Source: a bacterium (lineage in GTDB: Bacteria; Vulcanimicrobiota; Vulcanimicrobiia; Vulcanimicrobiales; SCRA01). Taken from it: a stretch of 64,000 bases of DNA. Under the pieces are notes generated by a model, which worked only from the letters and a program-made list of their open reading frames with translations, ran no database searches and was not told where the DNA came from. Made by a program: the position numbers and the translations under genes. This document shows positions 40,791 to 50,596 of this stretch, one piece after another. The stretch is taken from NCBI GenBank assembly GCA_004297985.1, contig SCRA01000038.1:22377-86376 (forward strand). The letters are read 5' to 3'. Positions within the stretch are counted from its first letter, which is position 1; each line of letters starts with the position of its first letter.

Positions 40791-42865
40791 ATGCCGTTCA
40801 TTGTCTCTTCGTCGGCGCAAAGGGCGGCAGCGGCGTCACGTCGATCGTTCGGGAGGTAACCAAGGCTCTCCAAGCCGGCCGCTCCACGGCCGTCGTGGAC
40901 GGAGACTTGACCGGGCGGCGAAGCATCGGCATCCTCTTCGACGCCCTGAAGGACCTGGATGGTGCGCGTCTGGGCTCCGCGGTTGCCATCGCACGAACCG
41001 GCGGCCTGACCGTCGCCGAAATCGCCTCGTCGTACGGCGCCGGCTTCGCCATCTCCGTTGGCGAAGTGGAGCGAGTCGCATCGTCCCTCGACAGCCTCGA
41101 TATCGTGCTGATCGACGCGCCGCAACCGTTCGCCGCGGCCGTCCGCCCCTTCGCGGCACGTGCCTCGCGCTTCTTCCTGGTTACCGAGCCGACGCTCCTA
41201 GGCATTGCCGGGGCCCGCGCGCTCATCGCGGAGCTGCAGACCTTCGGTGTGCCACTCTCGCGCATCGCCGTCCTGGTGAACAATCGCGGCGAAGAGGCGT
41301 TAGCGACGCGCGACGATATCGAGCGCGCTCTTGGCCTGCGGGTGCTCGTCGAGTTCCCACTGGCCACAGATCGCAACTTCCCGCGCAGCGTGGCGGCGCT
41401 CAAGAAAGTCGTTGAGGGTACCCGCCGAGAGCCGCTGCTCGACGATCTGCGCCCCTCCAGCCGGCTCCCCGTAGGCGACCGCAGACAGAAGCAGCGCGGC
41501 ATCGAGTTGTCCGCCAACGGCCACGGGGACGAGGCCGCTCCCACCCCTGAACCGTCCGTGGGCGAGCAGCCAACGTCCCACGAGCAGCTCAAGCTGCGCA
41601 TCCACGAGGCGCTCTCCGAGCGTGTGGATCTCGTCGCCGCCAGCTCGGCACGGGGCGATGCGGCCAAGATCGCTCAGTTGCGCGAGAGCATCGAGCAGAT
41701 CACGCAGGGGGTGCTCGCCGAAGAGGGCAGTGCCGGCTCGGCTGAAGACGTTGCGCGGCTGAAGCAGGAGATCGTCAACGAGACGCTGGGTTTCGGACCG
41801 CTCGAGGATCTGATGGCCGATCCGGACACCACCGAGATCATGGTCAACGGCTACAAGACGATCTATGTTGAGCGCTTCGGCATCCTGGAGAAGACGGATA
41901 AGAAGTTCGTCAACGATCGGCAGTTTCGTGTGATCATCGAGCGGATCGTGGCGCCGTTGGGCAGGCGCATCGACGAAGCCTCGCCGATGGTCGACGGACG
42001 CTTGGCGGACGGTTCCCGCATCAACGCCGTGATCGAGCCCATCGCACTCGACGGAGCAATGCTCACGATTCGCCGCTTCGGCAAGCGCCTGCAGGCCCGG
42101 GATCTCATCCAGCTCGGCTCTGTCACCCAGCCGGTCTTGACGTTCTTGCGCGCCGCCGTCCAAGCGCGGCTGAACATGGTGATCAGCGGCGGCACCGGCT
42201 CCGGCAAGACCACGTTCCTCAACGTACTCTCCAACTACCTGCCCGAGGCCGAGCGTATCGTCACGATCGAGGACGCCGCCGAGCTCAAGCTCATGCAGCC
42301 GCACGTCGTGCGTATGGAGTCGCGCCCTCCGAATTTGGAAGGGCGCGGGGAGATCCGCATCCGCGAGTTGGTCCGGAACGCGCTACGCATGCGTCCCAAC
42401 CGGATCATCGTCGGGGAGGCTCGTGGAGCCGAGGCGTTGGACATGCTCCAGGCCATGAACACCGGGCACGACGGGTCCCTCACCACGATTCACGCGAACA
42501 GCGCGCGCGACGCGCTCTCCCGCATCGAAACCATGGTACTGATGACGGGGCTGGATCTTCCCATTCGCGCCATCCGCGAGCAAGTGGCTAGCGCGATCAA
42601 CGTCGTCATTCAGGTTGCACGCCTTCGCGACGGCAGTCGAAAGGTAGTCTCTATCAGCGAAGTGGTCGGCATGGAGGGCGAGATCGTGACCATGCAGGAG
42701 ATCGTCCGCTATCAGCAGCACGGCATCGACCTCGACGGGAAGGTAATCGGCGAGTATCAATTCACCGGCGTCCAGCCCAACTGCTTGAAACGCTTCGAGG
42801 AAGTCGGAGTGGCCTACGACGTTCGCGAGCTCTCGAGCTTGCGGCCGGCGGAGTCGCTATGGTAG
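40787..42865 (+). CDS. cpaF: CpaE/TadZ (MinD-like) - CpaF/TadA ATPase fusion
   Basis: N-terminal [22 protein letters not shown]-terminal [53 protein letters not shown]. Confidence 0.92.
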   Translation: MNAVHCLFVGAKGGSGVTSIVREVTKALQAGRSTAVVDGDLTGRRSIGILFDALKDLDGARLGSAVAIARTGGLTVAEIASSYGAGFAISVGEVERVASSLDSLDIVLIDAPQPFAAAVRPFAARASRFFLVTEPTLLGIAGARALIAELQTFGVPLSRIAVLVNNRGEEALATRDDIERALGLRVLVEFPLATDRNFPRSVAALKKVVEGTRREPLLDDLRPSSRLPVGDRRQKQRGIELSANGHGDEAAPTPEPSVGEQPTSHEQLKLRIHEALSERVDLVAASSARGDAAKIAQLRESIEQITQGVLAEEGSAGSAEDVARLKQEIVNETLGFGPLEDLMADPDTTEIMVNGYKTIYVERFGILEKTDKKFVNDRQFRVIIERIVAPLGRRIDEASPMVDGRLADGSRINAVIEPIALDGAMLTIRRFGKRLQARDLIQLGSVTQPVLTFLRAAVQARLNMVISGGTGSGKTTFLNVLSNYLPEAERIVTIEDAAELKLMQPHVVRMESRPPNLEGRGEIRIRELVRNALRMRPNRIIVGEARGAEALDMLQAMNTGHDGSLTTIHANSARDALSRIETMVLMTGLDLPIRAIREQVASAINVVIQVARLRDGSRKVVSISEVVGMEGEIVTMQEIVRYQQHGIDLDGKVIGEYQFTGVQPNCLKRFEEVGVAYDVRELSSLRPAESLW

Positions 42866-43719
42866 CCGTGATGCCGGTCGCCATCGTCGTGAGCAGCAGC
42901 GTTGTGACGGCCTTGCTGCTCTACGCGGCGTGGGACGCTTGGGGAGAGCGTGCGTTCTCACGAACCAAAGATCTCAAAGACCTTCTCAGCCGGGCGGGCG
43001 TGACCGGGCGTCCGGAGGAAATCTTCCTGACGGCCCTTGGTATCGCGGCGCTGCTGTGGATCGCGCTCATTTTCGCGGTGCGGCCGCCGCTCTTCGTGAG
43101 CGTGCTGCTGCTCGCCGCGTTTCTGGCGGGGGCTGTCGCCGGCGTCTACTCCTGGGCCAACGTGCGCTGCAAGCGACGGCTGAAGGCGTTCGTGCAGCAG
43201 CTCGAGATGGCCCTTCGCCTCATCAGCAGCAGCCTGCGTGTGGGCCTCGGCTTGCGTCAAGCGCTGGCGATCAGCGTGGAGGAGCTTCCGGAGCCGTCGC
43301 GCCATGAGTTCACGCGGGTCGTCGGGCAGACCAATATTGGGGTCAGCGCCTACGACGCTCTGGACGACCTAGCGAAGCGCATGCCGAGCAACGAGATGTT
43401 GATGATGGCACGCGCTATTCGTATCCAGTCGCAGACGGGCGGTGACTTAGCCAGAGTACTCGAGCACCTCGCCAACACCATCCGGGAGCGCCGGCGCCTG
43501 GACCGTAAGCGCCAGGCCATCACCGCCGAGGGGCGCATGAGCGCCATCGTCCTCTGTGCGATCCCTGTAGTCCTGACGCTCTTCATCATGGCTACCCAGG
43601 TAGACATGGCGCATGCACTCGTCTTTACGATGACGGGCCATATCACGCTGACGATCATCGTCGTTCTCGAACTGCTCGGCATCGCCACGATCCGTCTCAT
43701 GCTGCGTAACGTGGCGTAG
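42859..43719 (+). CDS. tadB: TadB (T2SSF domain)
   Basis: QLEMALRLISSSLRVG, QTGGDLA, TAEGRMSA. Confidence 0.9.
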   Translation: MVAVMPVAIVVSSSVVTALLLYAAWDAWGERAFSRTKDLKDLLSRAGVTGRPEEIFLTALGIAALLWIALIFAVRPPLFVSVLLLAAFLAGAVAGVYSWANVRCKRRLKAFVQQLEMALRLISSSLRVGLGLRQALAISVEELPEPSRHEFTRVVGQTNIGVSAYDALDDLAKRMPSNEMLMMARAIRIQSQTGGDLARVLEHLANTIRERRRLDRKRQAITAEGRMSAIVLCAIPVVLTLFIMATQVDMAHALVFTMTGHITLTIIVVLELLGIATIRLMLRNVA

Positions 43720-43736
43720 GAGTGAGGGAGGTCCCC

Positions 43737-44594
43737 ATGCAGCTGCTCATAGCGATCCTCGGCGCGCTGTCGGCATTTCTCTTTGCTCTCTCGCTCGTCC
43801 CGGTGAAGAGTCCGCTCGCGGAGCGCCTCGAAGCGCTTCGCTTGGCGGGAGCGGCGAACTCAGGCGGGACGCTGGCGGCGCGCACCTTCGACGTGATCTT
43901 CAGTGCGGAGCGGCGCGGCCGGCTCGCCCAGCGGTTGGCGGAGGCGGGCTGGTACAACGTCAGCCCCCTGCAAATGGGCCTGCGCGTGCTAGGCGGGGGA
44001 TGCTTGGGAGCCATCGCCGGGATCGTTGCCTTCAGGCCGCTGCTCCAACAGGTTCCGTTCGTCCTTGCCATCGTGGTGGGAGCGTTGTTGTGCCTGGCCG
44101 GTGCCTACGCACCTGTGACGATGCTCAACCGTGCGGTCGACGAGCGCAAAGTGTCGATCCAACGCACGCTGCCGGACTTCTTGGATATGGTCTCGACGAC
44201 GGTGGAAGCGGGCCTCTCGCTCAACGCGGCGCTTGCCTACGCGGTGGATGCCGCGCCTGGAGCGCTGGGCAGCGAGATTCGCGAGGCGCTCTCCGAGATA
44301 CGGCTCGGTCGGGCTCGTGGAGAGGCACTCAAGGCGGCGGCACGGCGTGCCAACGTCGAGGAGTTCTCCACTACGATCACCGCGCTCGTACAGGCGGAGC
44401 GTATGGGCTCGAACGTCGCGGCGGTGCTCAGCGAGGTTGCCGAGGATACGCGTAACCGGCGCCTCATGGTCTTGGAGGAGCACGCGGCCAAGCTGCCCGT
44501 CAAGATGACCATCCCGATGGCAGCGTTTCTCCTGCCGGCGGTCTTCACCGTCATCTTCGGCAGCGTCATCGCCAACTATTTCGCAAGCCGATGA
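43737..44594 (+). CDS. tadC: TadC (T2SSF domain)
   Basis: LPDFLDM, EAGLSL, QAERMG, AAKLPVKMTIP. Confidence 0.9.
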   Translation: MQLLIAILGALSAFLFALSLVPVKSPLAERLEALRLAGAANSGGTLAARTFDVIFSAERRGRLAQRLAEAGWYNVSPLQMGLRVLGGGCLGAIAGIVAFRPLLQQVPFVLAIVVGALLCLAGAYAPVTMLNRAVDERKVSIQRTLPDFLDMVSTTVEAGLSLNAALAYAVDAAPGALGSEIREALSEIRLGRARGEALKAAARRANVEEFSTTITALVQAERMGSNVAAVLSEVAEDTRNRRLMVLEEHAAKLPVKMTIPMAAFLLPAVFTVIFGSVIANYFASR

Positions 44595-45199
44595 TCGTCA
44601 CCGCCGCTGCCGGCGCGATGGCCGCCGGCGCAACCGGTTGGCTAGGCACGTTGGCGGGCCGGGCCCTCGTCGCGGAAGTGGCTCCGCTTCCCGATGCTCC
44701 ACCCTCGGGCCGGCCGCCGGTGGCGTGGCTGATCGGCGGATCCGCGGTTCTTGGGGCGCTGCTCGCGCCGCATGCAACCGTGACGCAACTTGGCCTAGGG
44801 GCGTTCATCGTGTTCGCGCTGGCCGCTGCCTGGTGCAGCGATATCTTGCGCGGTATCGTTCCGGATATCTGCACGCTGGGGCCGCTTGCCGCCATGCTCT
44901 TCATCTCGCTGGCCGAACGCCAGTTGGCGCCGTTGGTCTCCGCTGTCATCGTGTTCGTGCCGTTCGCGCTCGCCGCATCGTTTTCCAAAGGACGTGGCAT
45001 GGGCTGGGGGGACGTCAAGCTGGCCGCGCTCGGCGGCGCGGCTCTGGGGGCGCAGACCGCGCTCCTGGCATTCGCGGTCGCGTCGGCCGCCTCGTTTGCT
45101 ATCCATCGCATCACACGTGCTCGTGCGACGCACATTGCGTTCGCACCGTATCTGGCGGCGGCGATCGGGGCCGGCCTCATGATTGGAGCGGTTCGTTGA
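44591..45199 (+). CDS. Second A24 prepilin peptidase-like protein
   Basis: SDILRGIVPD, GMGWGDVKLA, IAFAPYL. Confidence 0.8.
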   Translation: MIVTAAAGAMAAGATGWLGTLAGRALVAEVAPLPDAPPSGRPPVAWLIGGSAVLGALLAPHATVTQLGLGAFIVFALAAAWCSDILRGIVPDICTLGPLAAMLFISLAERQLAPLVSAVIVFVPFALAASFSKGRGMGWGDVKLAALGGAALGAQTALLAFAVASAASFAIHRITRARATHIAFAPYLAAAIGAGLMIGAVR

Positions 45200-45549
45200 T
45201 GCGCCTGGTCAACCACACCACGGGGTCGACCATCGCAGAGCGCGTGACGGTAGCGAATACGACGTGGCGGCGCATGCTCGGCCTTCTTTTCCGAGATAAC
45301 GTGAAGCCGGACGAGGGCGTATGGTTCCCGAACTGCTCGACGATCCATCTCTTCGGCATGCGTGTTCCGCTCGACGTGATCTTTCTCGACCAAGACGCGC
45401 GCGTCGTGCGTACCCATCCGCACGTTGAGCGTCATCGCATCGTCGGCTGCCGCGGAGCACGCAGCACCATCGAGCTGGGAACTGGCGCACTCTCGCAACA
45501 TGATGTGCTGATCGGGGACCGGTTGGTGCTCGAAGATGACGCCCCTTAG
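45199..45549 (+). CDS. DUF192 family protein
   Basis: RMLGLLFR, IHLFGMRVPLDVIFLD, TIELGTG. TGATG coupling. Confidence 0.85.
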   Translation: MRLVNHTTGSTIAERVTVANTTWRRMLGLLFRDNVKPDEGVWFPNCSTIHLFGMRVPLDVIFLDQDARVVRTHPHVERHRIVGCRGARSTIELGTGALSQHDVLIGDRLVLEDDAP

Positions 45550-46990
45550 GCGTAACGCGGCTATAACGATCGTCCTGGTCGTCGCGGCGCTGCTCGTTCA
45601 GACCGCCGCAGTGGCGCGCCATGGACTCTTCATGGCCGATTTCCGGGCCTTCTCCTGTGGAGCTCAGGCGATCGTGCATGCCCAGGATCCGTATCTGGTG
45701 CGGTCGCTTGCCGTCTGCGAGAGTTCGCCTTCCCCGCCGGGATTCTTCCGAGCCCCCGCGAGCACGCCGGTCCCCACCCCGTTGCCGCCGTATGCTTATG
45801 CGCTCTTCATCCCACTGACGCTCCTGCCGTATCCGCTAGCCGCGCTGCTCTGGATGGGCATCCTGCTGGTCGCCAGCGCCGTGAGCGCGCACGCTCTAGC
45901 GAGACTTGCCGGCATCGGGCGCGCCGATGCATGGGCCCTGCTGGCATTCGCATTGGTGGGCATGTCCGTGCCCTTCGGTGAGATCGTGCCGTTGGTGCTG
46001 GCGGCGCTCTGCCTGGCGGCTCTTGCCCTGGAGCGAGGCGCGATAGGTACAGCGGCAGCTTGGTGCGCTCTCGCGGCGATCGAGCCGCACGTCGCGCTTC
46101 CGGCGCTCTGCGCCCTCGCTCTTTGGTGTCCGGCATCTCGAGTCTGGCTGCTTCTCGCGGGGCTTGTATTGGTCGCCCTGTCCGGGATGCTGGTTGGCCT
46201 CCCGGCGATGCTGTCGTACCTTACCGCGGTGCTCCCCGCCCACGCCCTGGCCGAGCTCCCGCGCGACACGCAGTTCAGCCTCTCCTGGATCCTTTGGCGC
46301 TTCGGCGCGGGAGACGGGCTTGCGCTGCGTGTCGGATCCCTTTCCTACCTGATGATGCTCGTGGTGGGGGTGACCGCGGCGGGCGCGCTCGCGCGCCGCT
46401 GGGGGCGGGCCTGCGTGATCGTGCTGCTGCCCGCTTCCGCGGTGCTCTTGGGCGGAGCCTTCATTCACATTGGGCAGATGGCCGTAGCCCTGCCGTTCGT
46501 TGCGCTCGCCCTCCGTTACGCGGTGCGCGGACGCTGGGCGCTGCAGCTCGCACTCATCCTACTGGCCCTACCGTTCCAGTTCGTCGGACGGGAGCCATCG
46601 GCGCTCTTCCTCGCGGCGGCGCTCTGCGGCTGGCTAGTCTGGCGCTTCGTGCGCGCCGACGCGGTGTTCGCGCTGCGCTGCGCGCTCGCGCTGGTGGTAC
46701 TCGATGCCGCGCTCATGTTCGCGGTCGTGGAGTGGCGGCCGCCCGCCTTCGCGCCGGTGTTGCCCGTGCAGTCGATTGATCCGGCGTTTCCGCAGGCGTC
46801 GTGGGCAACCATGATTCGCCTTCAGGCCGCGGAGAACGGAGCCGCATGGCTCTTCAAGCTGCCGACGTGGCTGGCCCTGATGACGATGCTCTGCGTTACC
46901 GCCGTGGAAGTGCAACGCGCTCGCGTCGGGCCATCTACGGAGGTATCGACTAGGCTTGTGTTTGCTGAGAGCGCAGGCAACGAGCCATGA
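45536..46990 (+). CDS. GT-C membrane glycosyltransferase, GT87/DUF2029-like (paralog 1)
   Basis: Multi-TM. DFRAFSC, DPY, PLPPYA, EPHVALP, QFSL. Overlaps the DUF192 stop. Confidence 0.72.
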   Translation: MTPLRRNAAITIVLVVAALLVQTAAVARHGLFMADFRAFSCGAQAIVHAQDPYLVRSLAVCESSPSPPGFFRAPASTPVPTPLPPYAYALFIPLTLLPYPLAALLWMGILLVASAVSAHALARLAGIGRADAWALLAFALVGMSVPFGEIVPLVLAALCLAALALERGAIGTAAAWCALAAIEPHVALPALCALALWCPASRVWLLLAGLVLVALSGMLVGLPAMLSYLTAVLPAHALAELPRDTQFSLSWILWRFGAGDGLALRVGSLSYLMMLVVGVTAAGALARRWGRACVIVLLPASAVLLGGAFIHIGQMAVALPFVALALRYAVRGRWALQLALILLALPFQFVGREPSALFLAAALCGWLVWRFVRADAVFALRCALALVVLDAALMFAVVEWRPPAFAPVLPVQSIDPAFPQASWATMIRLQAAENGAAWLFKLPTWLALMTMLCVTAVEVQRARVGPSTEVSTRLVFAESAGNEP

Positions 46991-48417
46991 TCCGGCGGGT
47001 GCTGCTCGCCCTCGTGGCGGGAATCGTGGTGGCCGTTCTCTTGGAGATGGTTACTGTCACACCACGCAGCATCATCGACTTTACCGCCTTCTATTGCGCC
47101 GGACAGGTGATACGGGATCAGGGCGACCCCTATCGCGCCCAGCCATTGGGCGCCTGCGAGGCGAAGCTCGGGAGCGAGGGCATCTATGGGGTCAGAGGCG
47201 TGGTGATGCCCGCTCCTCTGCCGCCTTACGCACTGGCGCCGTTCGCGGCGCTGGCGTCCCTGCCGTACGGGAGGGCGCTCGTCATATGGCGGCTTCTGCT
47301 TCTCGCGGCAATCACTGCGACGATTGTGGCCTTGCGAAAGGTGGCGAAGCTTTCCTGGCCCACCGTAGCGCTCGCCCTATTGATCATCGATGTGCTCATG
47401 AATATCCCTCCAGGTCAGCCGATGCCGATCGTGGTCGCTGCGACTGCCATTGGAGCCTGGGCATTGACACGCGGCTCTGACCGCTTGGCCGGTGCGGTAA
47501 CGTGCCTGACGATGGTGGAACCGCACATCGGCCTCCCGGCCTGTCTGTCGCTCTATCTCTATCGTCCGGCGGCGAGGGCATCGCTTCTCTGGGGGTCCAT
47601 GATCGCGGCCGCGCTCTCAGTGATCGTGATGCCGGCATCGGCGAACATCGAGTACCTCACGAAAGTGCTTCCTCACCATGCTGCATCGGAGATTCCATGG
47701 TTCTTGCAGGTTAGCCTCACGCACGTGCTCTATGTCTTAGGAGCAAGCGATCAGGCATCGCTCGCCGCGGGCTCCGTCTCGTATGTCGCGATGCTGTCAT
47801 TCGCGATGCTGACGGCGCCTCGCGCCGCGACGTCCCTTGGCGTTCCAGGCCTTCTTATCGCGCTTCCCGCAGCCGCTGCTGTCTTAGGCGGGACCTTCAT
47901 CCATCTCACGCAGGTTGCGGCTGCGATACCTGCGGCATTGATACTGGCCGGTCGGGAGGAAACGTCGATCTCACGTCTCGGCGGAGCGGCTTGCGTGCTC
48001 TTGGTGCTGCCGGGCCTTTGGGTCGGCATCCCAGGTATCGTCTTCATCGCGGCCGGAGTCGCGGCACTGCTTACCGCACTACTCCTTCGTCCACCACGTG
48101 TGGTGAGCACTGCCATAGCCATAGCGGTTCTTGCCGGGGGTCTGGCCCTCCACGGCTTGCATCCGATCAAGACGGAAGCGGGTCGCGGTCTCGCCGTGAC
48201 CCCCGCTCGTGCGAGCGCGCTCGCTGAGGACTCGTGGGGCCGCTTCGTTCGCGCGGAGGATCCCGGCATACCAGAGCACCGGCTGGAGTTGCTCGCAGCC
48301 GTGCCGACGTGGGCGGGCCTCGGGCTGCTGTGCGGTGCCGCCGCGCTAGGCGCCTTCGCCGGCGTGCGCGGGAAGGCAAAGGCTGAGGCTGCGATTCCAG
48401 ACCCATGCGGTGGCTAG
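46987..48417 (+). CDS. GT-C membrane glycosyltransferase, GT87/DUF2029-like (paralog 2)
   Basis: DFTAFYC, DPY, PLPPYA, EPHIGLP, QVSL, GGTFIH; same motif order as paralog 1. ATGA overlap. Confidence 0.72.
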   Translation: MIRRVLLALVAGIVVAVLLEMVTVTPRSIIDFTAFYCAGQVIRDQGDPYRAQPLGACEAKLGSEGIYGVRGVVMPAPLPPYALAPFAALASLPYGRALVIWRLLLLAAITATIVALRKVAKLSWPTVALALLIIDVLMNIPPGQPMPIVVAATAIGAWALTRGSDRLAGAVTCLTMVEPHIGLPACLSLYLYRPAARASLLWGSMIAAALSVIVMPASANIEYLTKVLPHHAASEIPWFLQVSLTHVLYVLGASDQASLAAGSVSYVAMLSFAMLTAPRAATSLGVPGLLIALPAAAAVLGGTFIHLTQVAAAIPAALILAGREETSISRLGGAACVLLVLPGLWVGIPGIVFIAAGVAALLTALLLRPPRVVSTAIAIAVLAGGLALHGLHPIKTEAGRGLAVTPARASALAEDSWGRFVRAEDPGIPEHRLELLAAVPTWAGLGLLCGAAALGAFAGVRGKAKAEAAIPDPCGG

Positions 48418-49482
48418 ACCGAGGACGATCACGGCAAGGAGTTTAAGCCACGTCCCAACGTAGGGAATGGCGGGTAACAGGTAGACGAAAAAGGCCGCAC
48501 GCGTGCGCAGCGGCTCTGCCACGCGGCCGCCCAGGAGCAGCATCGGGAGCAGCATCACTGCGTCGTATATGTAGGCGTGCGGGGAAACCGCGAGCCCGAT
48601 CATGCACGCCGCCGCGCCCGCTTCCAATGCGGGGCGGCGCGCGAGGCCCGGGATCGCGAGGACGAGCAGCACGACGGCCGACCCGATGGTGAGGGCAAGT
48701 GGCGCGCCCAGCCATTGCAGGATGCCGGGTAGGCTCACCGTGTGGGGTGCGTTGAAGAGCGCATCTGCGTGGTAGTATGACGCGATGGAGCGCGCATAGT
48801 GCAGCGGCCACGCAATGTCGCCCGCCGTCGCCAAGACGCTCAGGAGGTACCACCCCGTCGCCATCGCGACGACGATGCCGAGCTCGCGCCAACGGCGTCG
48901 TATCACCAGCAGCCCGACGAGCGGAAGCGCAAACGTTGGCTTGTACAACAGCAACCCAATCGGGATCGCTGTGCGGAACGTGCGTTGCGCCGCGAGCCCG
49001 CCGATCGCCAGAATTGCTAGTAACGCCCCCAGCGGGGCGTTCTGTCCGATGGTGATGCTCACGCCGATTGGCATCCAGGCCAGGCTTGCCAGGATCGAGA
49101 GCGGTATGGAAAGAGAGAAGATGCGCGAAGCGGCAGCGCCCGCGAGGGCGGCGCATCCAAGCATGATGGCTGCATTGATGGAGAACGATACGAGAACCGG
49201 CAAGCGGCTCAGCGGGACATAAACGTACGCGAAAGCGGGCGGGTAGGGGAAGATGTCGGTGTGAAATCCGTGCGCGTGCTGGAACGCGAGGAAGAGCCGC
49301 GGATCAACTAGCGCGTGCGTCCCGGCCAACTTCCCCGCTGTATAGAACGTGAGCCAGTCGGCGAGGACATGCGGTGGGCCCAGCACGATTCTCAACGGGA
49401 CGAGGCCCACGATCGTCAGGGTGATCCCCCACGCGATAAGGCGGCGCGTGACGTTCGCCTCACCGATGCTGATGAAGTCCAT
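48346..49482 (-). CDS. GT87/DUF2029 family glycosyltransferase
   Basis: DWLTFYTAG, FPYPPAF, GQN, YKPT, SPHAYIYD. Confidence 0.82.
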   Translation of the reverse strand: MDFISIGEANVTRRLIAWGITLTIVGLVPLRIVLGPPHVLADWLTFYTAGKLAGTHALVDPRLFLAFQHAHGFHTDIFPYPPAFAYVYVPLSRLPVLVSFSINAAIMLGCAALAGAAASRIFSLSIPLSILASLAWMPIGVSITIGQNAPLGALLAILAIGGLAAQRTFRTAIPIGLLLYKPTFALPLVGLLVIRRRWRELGIVVAMATGWYLLSVLATAGDIAWPLHYARSIASYYHADALFNAPHTVSLPGILQWLGAPLALTIGSAVVLLVLAIPGLARRPALEAGAAACMIGLAVSPHAYIYDAVMLLPMLLLGGRVAEPLRTRAAFFVYLLPAIPYVGTWLKLLAVIVLGLATAWVWNRSLSLCLPAHAGEGA

Positions 49483-49876
49483 GCTCGATCGACCGTACGG
49501 AGGAGTGTACCCGAAGACCGTGGGAGATCAGAGTAATTCCAAGACCTCTCAAAAGCAGCGCGAGTCCTAGAAGCAGGAGAATGGCCGCGTAATATGGTGG
49601 CACGATCCGCGCGAGTCGCCGCGCGGAGTAGCGTACGATGTCAAGCGTTGCTTCATTTCGCTCGTGAAGCCGCGCCAATGTTGGATAGGCTAGACAGAAT
49701 CCGGAGATGACGAAAAATAGATCGACACCGCGGCAGCCTTGACGAAGTAAGAAAGAAGCGAGCGAGCTGGAGGCATGGGTGATCCCCGGGTCATACTTTG
49801 CCGCGTGAAAGACGACGACGGATAAGACCGCCAAAGCCCTAAGTCCATCTATATATTTGATGCGGTCGTTTGTCAT
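49460..49876 (-). pseudogene. Truncated acyltransferase-3 (OafA-like) gene
   Basis: YIDGLRALAVLSVVVFH, GVDLFFVISGFCL, RRLARIVPPYY, then similarity to the paralog at 51823-52953 stops. Only 138 aa versus about 376 aa. Confidence 0.75.
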
Positions 49877-49912
49877 AGTGGATGTTGAGCCGCAGGGCTG
49901 AAGGTTGTGCCA

Positions 49913-49970
49913 AGTCTACCATAGGAGCTCTGTGTTGACGCGTTAACATGCTGTCAACAGTGCATAAAAC
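49913..49970 (-). promoter_or_regulatory. Acyltransferase/GT87 promoter with a multi-box activator motif (copy 2)
   Basis: Minus strand: GTTTTA-N6-GTTGAC-N5-GTTAAC-GC-GTCAAC...TGG-TAGACT. Confidence 0.6.
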
Positions 49971-50066
49971 GTGCTGGCAGGGAAAGGCGGCCTGCTGCCG
50001 CCGTCTCGAGTTGGGTAGGCGGAGAAACCAGCATGGCGCCGAAGCCCCGAGGGTGAGGAAGCGCCG

Positions 50067-50162
50067 ATGACATTCACGCCGACTCAGTACCGCGAAGTCG
50101 CGGAGGTGATCCGGATTGCCGCGGACGTTCACCTAGAGATTATGGGTCGTCCGCTGGCATGA
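50067..50162 (+). CDS. Possible 31-aa small ORF coupled to the cyclase gene
   Basis: GAGGAA 6 nt before ATG; MTFTPTQYREVAEVIRIAADVHLEIMGRPLA; stop overlaps the cyclase start (ATGATG). Confidence 0.35.
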   Translation: MTFTPTQYREVAEVIRIAADVHLEIMGRPLA

Positions 50163-50596
50163 TGCACACCGAGACGGATATCGAGATCGCCGCCCAGATT
50201 CGAACGATCTACGATGCCGTTGCCGACGTCGAGCGCTGGCCGTCGTTTCTGCCGCACTACCGCTACGTGCGCCGCAACGGAGACGGCTCTTTTGCCATGG
50301 CTGCGCGCCGGGGATGGATCCCCGTCCGATGGGTGGCCCGTGTCGAGGCCGACTCTCGTGAGCCCGCCTTACGGTTCCGGCACGTTGGAGGCTGGACGCG
50401 CGGGATGAACGTGTGGTGGAGATTTGAGCCTTCGCCTCAGGGCACGCGGGTCACCATCATCCACGATCTCGATTTCCGCGTGTTGCCCGTGGCGCGCGAG
50501 TGGTTCGCGCGGCGGGTGATCGGTGAGTACTTCGTCGATGCCATCGCCCGTCGCACCCTGGCCTGCGTCAAGCGGCTCGTCGAAGGCATACCATGA
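50159..50596 (+). CDS. SRPBCC/START-fold polyketide cyclase/dehydrase
   Basis: ADVERWPSFLPHYR, HVGGWTRGMNVWWRF, TRVTIIHD. Confidence 0.85.
   Translation: MMHTETDIEIAAQIRTIYDAVADVERWPSFLPHYRYVRRNGDGSFAMAARRGWIPVRWVARVEADSREPALRFRHVGGWTRGMNVWWRFEPSPQGTRVTIIHDLDFRVLPVAREWFARRVIGEYFVDAIARRTLACVKRLVEGIP

Noticed and set aside
48330-50060. Direct repeats bounding the GT87/acyltransferase-remnant segment
   Set aside because: Only a short GC-rich match (TGCCGCCG) was found, which is expected by chance.
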